Shown: positions 41,955 to 49,413 of the stretch, one piece after another
Position numbering within the stretch: the first letter of the stretch is position 1
Layout: each line of letters begins with the position of its first letter
Virus record (IMG/VR): IMGVR_UViG_3300044825_001821
Location: 1 to 64,000 of that record
Origin: a virus
Direction: 5' to 3' (one strand)
DNA length: 64,000 bases
The notes under the pieces: generated by a model
What the model was told of the DNA's origin: nothing
The model's input: the letters and a program-made list of their open reading frames with translations, nothing else
Database searches by the model: none
Made by a program: the position numbers and the translations under genes

Positions 41955-42030
41955 GGGAGTATAGTCAAACGGTTAAGACAGCGGACTTTTAATCCGTCAG
42001 GTCAGGGTTCGAATCCCTGTGCTCCCACCA
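41955..42030 (+). tRNA. tRNA-Lys(TTT)
   Basis: GCGGA-CTTTTAA-TCCGT, CCA. Confidence 0.93.
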
Positions 42031-42064
42031 TATAAAAGTATTTTGATTCAGAGTATTTTTATAT

Positions 42065-42142
42065 GGCACTTTAGCATAGTTGGCCTAATGCGCTGCCCTG
42101 TCACGGCAGAGATCACGGGTTCGAATCCCGTAAGTGTCGCCA
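42065..42142 (+). tRNA. tRNA-Asp(GTC)
   Basis: CTGCC-CTGTCAC-GGCAG, CCA. Confidence 0.93.
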
Positions 42143-42149
42143 GAATTAT

Positions 42150-42224
42150 TGCCAAGTAGCACAGTGGTAGTGCAGTTGACTGTTAATCAATTGGTCGTTG
42201 GTTCGATCCCAACCTTGGCAGCCA
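42150..42224 (+). tRNA. tRNA-Asn(GTT)
   Basis: GTTGA-CTGTTAA-TCAAT, CCA. Confidence 0.93.
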
Positions 42225-42225
42225 G

Positions 42226-42463
42226 TATCCCGCTTACCGTTAAGTGTCAAGTAACGGCGATCCTAATGTCGAAAATGATTAGGCGTATTGTGAGCGTCAA
42301 TCACACGGCAGAACAGAAAATCATATGATAATGCCGCAGAGTCCCGCTTACATGGGAGCCTTATGAAAATACTGTTCCGGTAGCAAGCCAGGCCACCGAT
42401 ATAATAAATTGGACGGACAGAGTAACTGCTCAGTCTAGGGCTTATGGGAGTAAGTAGCTAGAC
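42226..42463 (+). ncRNA. Candidate structured ncRNA within the tRNA array
   Basis: Non-coding; multiple hairpins (CCGTTA/TAACGG, CCTAAT/ATTAGG, TGTGA/TCACA, CGGCA/TGCCG, GTCTAG/CTAGAC). Confidence 0.55.
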
Positions 42464-42587
42464 ACCTTAATTGTGTTATCTGTAAGCCATGGGCTTGATC
42501 ATGCCTGAGTAACTATGTACACAGACGGTAAATCCGGCCGGCTATTCCGTTGAGCATAGCAAATAGTGCAGATAACACAATTAAGGT
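42464..42587 (+). ncRNA. Candidate small RNA closed by a perfect 19-bp terminal stem
   Basis: ACCTTAATTGTGTTATCTG / CAGATAACACAATTAAGGT. Confidence 0.6.
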
Positions 42588-42593
42588 AACTGT

Positions 42594-42667
42594 TGGGGAT
42601 TAGTGAAATGGTATCACACCGGATTTTGATTCCGAGGTCGTAAGTTCGATTCTTACATCCCCTGCCA
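42594..42667 (+). tRNA. tRNA-Gln(TTG)
   Basis: Anticodon loop TTTTGAT, CCA. Confidence 0.9.
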
Positions 42668-42674
42668 AATTATT

Positions 42675-42758
42675 GGGTGACGAGCAGCACTGGTGACTGC
42701 ACCTGACTGTAAATCAGACGCTTCGGCATACTTGGTTCGACTCCGAGGTCACCCACCA
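42675..42758 (+). tRNA. tRNA-Tyr(GTA)
   Basis: CTGTAAA loop, variable arm, CCA. Confidence 0.92.
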
Positions 42759-42761
42759 GTA

Positions 42762-42930
42762 AACTTGAGTTGTGGCAAGTATAGTCCACAAACAGGAGTG
42801 TAACCTGATTCATACAAAGATAAGTATGAAACGTGAATGAGCCATCTTTTGACCGTGTTCTTTAGGCAGGAAACACATAAGAAAACGGCAGGCGTTAAAC
42901 GTGATTACAATCGCCTAGGTAATCAAAGTA
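42762..42930 (+). ncRNA. Candidate multi-stem ncRNA
   Basis: Hairpins TGTGG/CCACA, CAGG/CCTG, TTCATAC/GTATGAA, CCGTGTTCTT/AAGAAAACGG, AGGCG/CGCCT. Confidence 0.5.
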
Positions 42931-42932
42931 TT

Positions 42933-43007
42933 CGGTCTTTAGTAAAATGGATATTACGGCGGGCTACGGACCCGCAGGTGGGAGTTCGATTCTCTCAGGA
43001 CCGGCCA
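42933..43007 (+). tRNA. tRNA-Arg(ACG)
   Basis: GCGGG-CTACGGA-CCCGC, CCA. Confidence 0.92.
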
Positions 43008-43101
43008 TATTGAAACACATTGAATCCCAAGGGTACGAGGGGTGGCTGTAGGCCTATATTCCGGTCGATGGGTTCGATTCCCGCAGTGTGTTTCAATATG
43101 G
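43005..43101 (+). ncRNA. Long-stem RNA containing a tRNA-like T arm
   Basis: CCATATTGAAACACATT / AGTGTGTTTCAATATGG enclosing GGG-TTCGATT-CCC. Confidence 0.55.
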
Positions 43102-43175
43102 GGGATTGGTGCTAATTGGGAACACATGTGCTTTGCAAGCATGAGTAAGCAGTTCGAATCTGCTATCCTCCACCA
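43100..43175 (+). tRNA. tRNA-Ala(TGC)
   Basis: G3:U70 pair, TTTGCAA loop, CCA. Confidence 0.92.
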
Positions 43176-43185
43176 AAGTTTTATT

Positions 43186-43261
43186 GCCGGTTTAGCTCAT
43201 CTGGTAGAGCAGGCGCCTTGTAAGCGTCAGGTGGTGGGTTCGAGTCCTGCAACCGGCACCA
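43186..43261 (+). tRNA. tRNA-Thr(TGT)
   Basis: CTTGTAA loop, CCA. Confidence 0.94.
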
Positions 43262-43269
43262 AGTTTTAT

Positions 43270-43347
43270 CTGAGTGTAATGTCAGCCCGGTAGACGGCCT
43301 GGTTTGGAACTAGGAGGCCGTAGGTTCAAATCCTACCACTCAGACCA
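43270..43347 (+). tRNA. tRNA-Pro(TGG)
   Basis: TTTGGAA loop, CCA. Confidence 0.92.
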
Positions 43348-43349
43348 AT

Positions 43350-43425
43350 TGCGGGTTAGGGAAGAGGTCATCCCGTCAGGTTCATATTCTGAAGATCGTT
43401 GGTTCGAATCCAGCACCCGCTACCA
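43350..43425 (+). tRNA. tRNA-Met(CAT), probably initiator
   Basis: TTCATAT loop; 1:72 mismatch. Confidence 0.85.
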
Positions 43426-43439
43426 ATTATAGGTGACTT

Positions 43440-43910
43440 ATGTTTAAAAAAGAAATTGACTTAAATGAAGTGGCTGCGTTTCTTGATAAATGTGGTCCCG
43501 ATACGAAAGTTTATATTGGTGCGGACAGTGAACGTTTTCAAATCAATGGCGACTGGTTTGCTGATTACATTCTAGCAGTTGTAATTCACATTGATGGTCG
43601 TCACGGCTGTAAGATATTCGGTGCCGTACAACGTGAACGTGATTTTGAACAAAAGAAAAATCGTCCACGTTTTCGTTTGATGAATGAGGTATATAAAGTT
43701 TCAGAATTGTATTTGAAATTGTATGAAGTTATACCACATGACATACAAATTCATCTGGATATCAATCCAAGTGAAATGCATGGCAGTTCATGTGTAGTAA
43801 ACGAAGCGATTGGTTATATCAAAGGTACATGTAATGTTGTACCACTGATCAAACCAAAAGCATTTGCAGCATCATATGCGGCTGATCGTTTCAAAAGTTT
43901 AGCAGCATAA
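43440..43910 (+). CDS. RNase H-like YkuK/DUF458 family protein inside the tRNA array
   Basis: YIGADS, RLMNEV, IHLDIN, AASYAAD. Confidence 0.8.
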   Translation: MFKKEIDLNEVAAFLDKCGPDTKVYIGADSERFQINGDWFADYILAVVIHIDGRHGCKIFGAVQRERDFEQKKNRPRFRLMNEVYKVSELYLKLYEVIPHDIQIHLDINPSEMHGSSCVVNEAIGYIKGTCNVVPLIKPKAFAASYAADRFKSLAA

Positions 43911-43919
43911 AAAAGTAAT

Positions 43920-43994
43920 GCGGGTATAGCACAGTGGTAGTGCGACACGTTGCCAACGTGTAGGTCATCAGTTCGAATCTGATTATCCGCTCCA
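43920..43994 (+). tRNA. tRNA-Gly(GCC)
   Basis: TTGCCAA loop, U73, CCA. Confidence 0.92.
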
Positions 43995-43999
43995 GGTAT

Positions 44000-44073
44000 T
44001 TCGGTGTGGCGTAATGGCAGCGCAGGAGTCTCCAAAACTCTTAGTGGGGGTTCGATTCCCTCCACCGAAGCCA
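44000..44073 (+). tRNA. tRNA-Trp(CCA)
   Basis: CTCCAAA loop, CCA. Confidence 0.92.
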
Positions 44074-44076
44074 AAT

Positions 44077-44171
44077 GGTAGACAGCACTGGTGTGCGGCG
44101 GAGACTTATAAACTCTGGAGAGTGGCTAGATGGGCTGCAACGGCTAGGTTCGAATCCTAGGTCTACTACCA
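44077..44171 (+). tRNA. Non-canonical tRNA-Ile(TAT) with long variable arm
   Basis: GGTAGAC/GTCTACT acceptor, GCAC-TGGT-GTGC D arm, CTTATAA loop, canonical T arm, CCA. Confidence 0.7.
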
Positions 44172-44183
44172 GTGTTTTTTGGT

Positions 44184-44257
44184 GTGGCCATAGTGTAACG
44201 GTAGCACTAGACATTGTGACTGTCTCAGTTCGGATTCAAATTCCGATGGTCACCCCA
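44184..44257 (+). tRNA. tRNA-His(GTG)
   Basis: AGACA-TTGTGAC-TGTCT, C73, CCA. Confidence 0.9.
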
Positions 44258-44266
44258 AAAAATATT

Positions 44267-44342
44267 GGTGCTTTAGCTGATGTGGTCATAGCAGTGGCCT
44301 GAAGAGCCTCGGAAGTTAGTTCGATTCTAACAGGCACCACCA
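44267..44342 (+). tRNA. tRNA-Phe(GAA)
   Basis: CTGAAGA loop, CCA. Confidence 0.9.
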
Positions 44343-44343
44343 T

Positions 44344-44417
44344 TGTCCTGTAGTTAAATGGTATAACTGTCGATTGATAATCGACCATTACAAGTTCAAT
44401 TCTTGTCGGGACAACCA
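44344..44417 (+). tRNA. tRNA-Ile(GAT)
   Basis: GTCGA-TTGATAA-TCGAC, CCA. Confidence 0.92.
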
Positions 44418-44422
44418 GAATT

Positions 44423-44497
44423 GGTAGTGTAGCATAATGGTAGTGCGCCACCTTCATACGGTGTTAGGTGTAAGTTCGAATCTTACCACTACTACCA
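44423..44497 (+). tRNA. tRNA-Met(CAT), elongator (or Ile2)
   Basis: TTCATAC loop, CCA. Confidence 0.85.
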
Positions 44498-44498
44498 A

Positions 44499-44574
44499 GC
44501 GCCGGTGACGGAACGGTATACGTGTTGGTCTTAGAAACCAAATTCTGAGAGTTCGAATCTCTCCTGGCGCACCA
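44499..44574 (+). tRNA. tRNA-Leu(TAG), short variable arm
   Basis: TTGGT-CTTAGAA-ACCAA, CCA. Confidence 0.9.
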
Positions 44575-44580
44575 GTATTT

Positions 44581-44654
44581 GCCTTGTTAGTTTAATGGTA
44601 GAACTCTGTCTTTACACGGCAGTTACGGTGGTTCGATTCCATCACAAGGCACCA
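44581..44654 (+). tRNA. tRNA-Val(TAC)
   Basis: TTTACAC loop, CCA. Confidence 0.92.
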
Positions 44655-44661
44655 GTATCAT

Positions 44662-44739
44662 GCAACGGTGGCAGAGTGGTCCAATGCAAGAGTCTGCAAA
44701 ACTCTAAAGCCGTCGGTTCAAATCCGACCCGTTGCTCCA
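44662..44739 (+). tRNA. tRNA-Cys(GCA)
   Basis: AGAGT-CTGCAAA-ACTCT, U73, CCA. Confidence 0.92.
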
Positions 44740-44744
44740 AATAT

Positions 44745-44834
44745 GGAAGTGTGGCAGAGTCCGGTTTATTGCACCTGTCTTGAAAACAGACGTATCGAAA
44801 GGTACCGTGAGTTCGAATCTCACCGCTTCCGCCA
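44745..44834 (+). tRNA. tRNA-Ser(TGA)
   Basis: CTTGAAA loop, long variable arm, G73, CCA. Confidence 0.92.
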
Positions 44835-44952
44835 AATAGGAGAAAAAATGTTGATACTTACAACAATGCTGACGATGATATTTTATTGGGTATTGTTTGG
44901 TTTATCTGTAACGGCATTTTTATTCGTGATGTATGGTATCGCAATAGTATCT

Positions 44953-45044
44953 GGAGTGTTGGCCGAGTTGGTCGAAGGCACTTTCCTGCTAAGAAAGCAT
45001 ACCCCATAAGGGTATCATTGGTTCGAATCCAATACACTCCGCCA
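44953..45044 (+). tRNA. tRNA-Ser(GCT)
   Basis: CTGCTAA loop, long variable arm, CCA. Confidence 0.92.
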
Positions 45045-45045
45045 C

Positions 45046-45074
45046 TTGACAACGTTTTTTCATTGATATATAAT
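45046..45074 (+). promoter_or_regulatory. Sigma70-type promoter immediately after the array
   Basis: TTGACA-17-TATAAT. Confidence 0.8.
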
Positions 45075-45680
45075 GTTTACTGTCGCATGGAGAAAGAAAT
45101 GAAAGGTAAAACTTTGAAAAAACTGTCCAAACCACGGAATTTTGTGGCAAAAGACTTATTCACACCGAAATATCGAATAAGAGTTGAGCACTCATCTGTA
45201 AATTTTTACAATCGTGCTTCCGAAAAACAAAATTTCCGAAAACAAAATGTCTATTTTTAGAAAAAAAGTTGAAGAACCCGTCGATCCACCCGTTTCAGGT
45301 AATGAAATGGATGATTTTGACGGTTTTTATTTTGTTCCTGATGATGATGACTTTGAAAATAACTATAAAATGATATTTTTCAACATGAAAGATGAATATT
45401 CCAACTCAAAACCAGTTGAGAGTTCACACATGGGGCTAAAATATCACTTGTGTTTTTTCAAAACCGATGAAAATGGCGCTCCTGTGTTTGATGATGCGTT
45501 TGAAGCCATACTTGTTGACCCTTTAACGTATGTGAAGAGCATGACAGGCTCAGGAATTGGTGGTTGTGTCTTGAAAAAGACAGAAAAATCGGATGGATGG
45601 TGGACTGATTACTTGAATTTCATCACCGGTGGCGAATTTAAGCAAAAAGTAAGAGAGGCATTCGGTTCTATCGCAAACAA

Positions 45681-46004
45681 TTGATCATGAAAGTGAGGAT
45701 TGATAAATTTATGGAAAAAATATTCGACCCAAGTTACAAAGATTACAAAACAAGCCGTAAATGGCTGATTGGTTTGCTCGAAAGTGAGATTGTAGAAATT
45801 ACTTTCTTAAAAAAAGACGGAACTGAACGTATAATGAATTGTACGTTACAAGAAGATTACTTACCAGAAACAGTTGGCTCTGATAAAGATAAAAATAGTG
45901 ATGCACTTGCGGTTTTTGATGTAGACAAAGAAGATTGGCGCTCATTTCGTTGGGATTCAGTAAAACGAATTTCATTTTCTATTGGTGGAGAACATAATGC
46001 CTAA
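45681..46004 (+). CDS. WYL-like/SH3-fold phage protein
   Basis: ITFLKKDGTERIMNCT...VFDVDKEDWRSFR. Confidence 0.65.
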   Translation: MIMKVRIDKFMEKIFDPSYKDYKTSRKWLIGLLESEIVEITFLKKDGTERIMNCTLQEDYLPETVGSDKDKNSDALAVFDVDKEDWRSFRWDSVKRISFSIGGEHNA

Positions 46005-46293
46005 GTATATCGTAGAACAAATTTCTGTACACCGCAGTGTATTTGTGGTCGAAGCGGATAACCAAGAAGATGCTAAAAAAGTTGCGGCAGTTGCCGATGA
46101 CAATTGGCAACAATGGCTTGGTCAACTTGATGTTGATGTGAATGAGTATTCTGAAGAAAGAATTGCTTATTTCAAACACAAAGATTATTTCTGGGATGGT
46201 GTTTCATACAAAGACAGTGATGGATACCTTGCATATCATCACCCATCAGGTGAAGATATAGAACGTAAGGAAATTGTCATTCGTTAATCAAAT

Positions 46294-46371
46294 GCGGACG
46301 TAGTGTTCAACGGTTAGCACGTGAGCCTTCCAAGCTTGAAGTGAGGAGTTCGAATCTCCCCGTCCGCTCCA
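46294..46371 (+). tRNA. tRNA-Gly(TCC)
   Basis: CTTCCAA loop, U73, CCA. Confidence 0.92.
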
Positions 46372-46614
46372 AAGGATTATTATGAAATCTTGGACTTTAG
46401 AAGTTAAACAACACGAAGATGGTGATTACATACTAGAATTCAATGATGAAATTCTGGCCGAAACTGGTTGGAAAGAGGGTGACACATTAAAGTGGCTTGA
46501 TAACGGCGATGGTACATGGTCGCTGAAAAAATTAGATGAGAATCATGAAAATACTGATCAATCTAAGACGTAGTTTTTTTTAAATATAACTGTTGTTATT
46601 CTATAGGAGATGTT

Positions 46615-47058
46615 ATGAACTTGAAAGGATCAAGAACCGCCGAAAGCCTTAAAGAAGCTTTTGCAGGTGAATCAATGGCAAACCGCCGCTATCTGTATTT
46701 CGCAAATCAATGTGATATTGCAGGTGAAAACGATCTTGCTGCATTGTTCCGTTCCACAGCAGAAGGTGAAACAGGACACGCACATGGTCACATGGAGTAT
46801 TTGATCAACTTAGGCGCAGGAGACCCAGGAACAGATCAACCAGCAAGAACAGTTAAAGAAATGTTGGAATCTGCAATTCATGGTGAAACTCATGAGTACA
46901 CTGACATGTATCCTGGTATGGCTAGAATAGCACGTGATGAGGGTTTTGAAGAAATTGCTGATTGGTTTGAAACTCTAGCCAAAGCAGAACGTTCTCATGC
47001 TAACCGCTACAAAAAAGCCCTTGATACCTTTTACCCCGAAATTTTAGATAAAATTTAA
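46615..47058 (+). CDS. Rubrerythrin (ferritin-like; no rubredoxin domain)
   Basis: [37 protein letters not shown]. Confidence 0.92.
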   Translation: MNLKGSRTAESLKEAFAGESMANRRYLYFANQCDIAGENDLAALFRSTAEGETGHAHGHMEYLINLGAGDPGTDQPARTVKEMLESAIHGETHEYTDMYPGMARIARDEGFEEIADWFETLAKAERSHANRYKKALDTFYPEILDKI

Positions 47059-47071
47059 TAAGGAGAGTAGT

Positions 47072-47146
47072 ATGAAGTGGAGTACACCTACAGCACAAGA
47101 TATGCGTTTTGGTTTTGAAATCACAATGTATATTGCAAATCGTTAA
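47072..47146 (+). CDS. pqqA: PQQ precursor peptide MKWSTPTAQDMRFGFEITMYIANR
   Basis: AAGGAG RBS; W..P...D.RFGFEITMY with the ExxxY motif. Confidence 0.92.
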   Translation: MKWSTPTAQDMRFGFEITMYIANR

Positions 47147-47149
47147 AAC

Positions 47150-47178
47150 GAAAGCGGCTACCAAGCCGCTTTTCTTTT
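47150..47178. terminator. Bidirectional terminator between convergent genes
   Basis: AAAGCGGCT-ACCA-AGCCGCTTTT. Confidence 0.8.
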
Positions 47179-47367
47179 ATCACGCACTGCCTTTACTCTA
47201 AACGTAGAATCATTGCTCATATTTTTTAAAGCGGCGTTTACTTGAACTGCTAACTTACAATCTTTGGTGACAAGAATTAAATTATTGCCTTTGTTGGTGT
47301 AAATGTAGTAAACTTCTTCACCGTCAACAAATTCAACGTGCATCATTTTTATATCCTGGCACCTCAC
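47158..47367 (-). CDS. Small hypothetical protein
   Basis: Downstream partner of the minus-strand gene 47333-48124. Confidence 0.45.
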   Translation of the reverse strand: MRCQDIKMMHVEFVDGEEVYYIYTNKGNNLILVTKDCKLAVQVNAALKNMSNDSTFRVKAVRDKRKAAW

Positions 47368-48124
47368 AATCTATCCATATTAAATTGTTATAGTGTTCGT
47401 AAGGCCACTGACCTTTTGGTAAAAGACAACGACCTAATTCAGGATAAACATCAATTCTTACTTGAACAATTGCCCAAACTAACCAAATGAAATAAATTAA
47501 GAAAATAGAAGAAAGTCCATACTTCCATGCGTTGCAACGAATGTGAGCAATTCTTCTTTGTCTTTTGATTGCAGCAATTCTATCCGCTTCTCTTTTTTTG
47601 ACCCATGCTACCGCTTGTTGCTTTTTCATTTTCTCCATCATTTTCTCTACACGTGTGTAAAGATCACCTAATTCTGGAGGACAATTATAAACCATGAGTT
47701 CACGTAACTCAGCCTGCATGGCAGTTAGTCTGCTTTGCATTAGAACACGTTGCAATGCTCTTTTACCTAGACTTGTTTCGCCTGTGTATACTTCATTGTC
47801 ATGTTTTTCTTCATCTTCAAAGATGGCAGAACATTTCGCATAGTTTTCAAAGTAAACACCTAACTCTTCACCTATTTGTGTGTAGATATCGTTAGGCTGT
47901 TTCTTGCTTAACTCAATTATGCGATTTTTTTCTTCAATGTACTGATTGCGTTCGGCAACCGTAGGCGGCTTGTCTTTATGACGAGAATTGAATTGCGACT
48001 CTAAATCTGATAGAACACCTTTTACATCACCAGCAACACCGGCAATTTCTTTGTATAACTCACAACCTTTTTTTACCGCTTGCACTGCACCATTTGCCAA
48101 AGCAAAAAGTGTAAACGGATCCAT
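47333..48124 (-). CDS. Coiled-coil protein with C-terminal TM helix
   Basis: MDPFTLFALA start; the only long minus-strand gene; late-type CATAAATAA upstream on the minus strand. Confidence 0.65.
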   Translation of the reverse strand: MDPFTLFALANGAVQAVKKGCELYKEIAGVAGDVKGVLSDLESQFNSRHKDKPPTVAERNQYIEEKNRIIELSKKQPNDIYTQIGEELGVYFENYAKCSAIFEDEEKHDNEVYTGETSLGKRALQRVLMQSRLTAMQAELRELMVYNCPPELGDLYTRVEKMMEKMKKQQAVAWVKKREADRIAAIKRQRRIAHIRCNAWKYGLSSIFLIYFIWLVWAIVQVRIDVYPELGRCLLPKGQWPYEHYNNLIWIDCEVPGYKNDAR

Positions 48125-48181
48125 TTATCTTTTTCGTAACCTTTCCTATGAGAAACATAAAATGATTCAAAAAAGACAATC

Positions 48182-48211
48182 TTGACAACCACTCCTTATT
48201 TATGCTATACT
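48182..48211 (+). promoter_or_regulatory. Sigma70-type promoter overlapping a divergent late-type promoter
   Basis: TTGACA-18-TATACT; spacer contains TTATTTATG (minus strand CATAAATAA). Confidence 0.7.
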
Positions 48212-48245
48212 GGAAGTTGGTGAATAAATACATCATGGAGATGTT

Positions 48246-49319
48246 ATGAGTAGATCAATTGACATTAAGGCAATCTTATCAAATAACAAAGAACCCAAGT
48301 TTTCGGGTGAATTGTCACAATCGCAACTAACGCAAGCCCTGAACTGGTACGCTCAGAACCGTGATAACAAAGATGCAATAAAGTACGCATCTGACTTTCT
48401 AAAAAAGAAATACAAAATAACGGCTTCTGACGGCTTAAAATCGACCCCTAGTACATTCGGCTTCCTGTGCCGCATCGTGAGCCTAGGAGGCGTTCTGAAC
48501 GATTCTAACGCTAAATTTTTCGATGAAACAATCAGCAAACTCAAGCAATCAACTTCAGTTGTCAAACCAACAACCCCGACCGCAAGTGTCGTATCAATTC
48601 AAGATCACATTAAACGAAAAGCGGGTGACTGTATCGGAGAACTGGAAGGTCAAATTGATGAATTGATAACATCCGAGTTCAAAGCAAATGTTTCACCTTA
48701 TGCAACAATGACGGGTATGGAAGCCAAAGGCGCACATACAAAATTTATAATTGATCATTTTAAAACACGCCGTGCAGAATATGATAATGTTTTGTCAACA
48801 TCTGATGTTGATATCAAAGAAGCATATTCCAACTTTACAAAAACACAACTTAAAAAGTTGATAGCATACTGTGACCAGGTAATTGTTGACGGTATGAAAC
48901 TGGCTGGTGAAGCAATCAAAACACGTAAGCCACGCAAACGCAAAGCAAAGTCGGCTGATCAAGTGGTAGCCAAAATGAATTACGCAAAAGACTTTGCCGA
49001 ATTAAAACTTGTATCGATTGATCCTAAGACAATCATTGGTGCATCATCATTGTGGGTATACAATACCAAAACACGAAAACTTGGCGTATATCAGGCTGCT
49101 GATGCTGCTGGCTTGAATATCAAAGGCTCTACAATACAAAACTTTGCCGAAAGTAAATCGGTGCAAAAAACTCTGCGTAAGCCTGCTGAAACTTTACCAG
49201 AAATAATGAAAGCAGGTAAAGTTGCATTGAGACATATATTGGTTCAAGTTCGTGCCGCTGAAAAAGCATTGACAGGTCGAATCAATACTGATACAATATT
49301 ATTGAGAACTGTAAAATGA
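48246..49319 (+). CDS. Conserved T4-like hypothetical protein
   Basis: LWVYNTKTRKLG, KTLRKP, GRIN motifs. Confidence 0.6.
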   Translation: MSRSIDIKAILSNNKEPKFSGELSQSQLTQALNWYAQNRDNKDAIKYASDFLKKKYKITASDGLKSTPSTFGFLCRIVSLGGVLNDSNAKFFDETISKLKQSTSVVKPTTPTASVVSIQDHIKRKAGDCIGELEGQIDELITSEFKANVSPYATMTGMEAKGAHTKFIIDHFKTRRAEYDNVLSTSDVDIKEAYSNFTKTQLKKLIAYCDQVIVDGMKLAGEAIKTRKPRKRKAKSADQVVAKMNYAKDFAELKLVSIDPKTIIGASSLWVYNTKTRKLGVYQAADAAGLNIKGSTIQNFAESKSVQKTLRKPAETLPEIMKAGKVALRHILVQVRAAEKALTGRINTDTILLRTVK

Positions 49320-49413
49320 CAATTCGTGGTTACTACTATCGTAAGTTTAAATTTCACTTACGGGTTGCCTTTTTGTTTTTATTCAAAGGGGCAATTCTAG
49401 GACAACATGTAAA

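Noticed and set aside
42483-42568. Hammerhead ribozyme in the stem cargo (CTGAGTA)
   Set aside because: No CUGAnGA plus GAAA core in the required arrangement.
42134-44783. Short ORFs (42134, 42954, 43042, 43814, 44075, 44236, 44595) in the track
   Set aside because: They overlap clear tRNA genes.
44499-44834. tRNAs with TAG, TGA (and TAA at 27861) anticodons as stop suppressors / genetic-code change
   Set aside because: These anticodons read CTA, TCA and TTA. Core genes translate intact in the standard code, and all three stop codons end genes.
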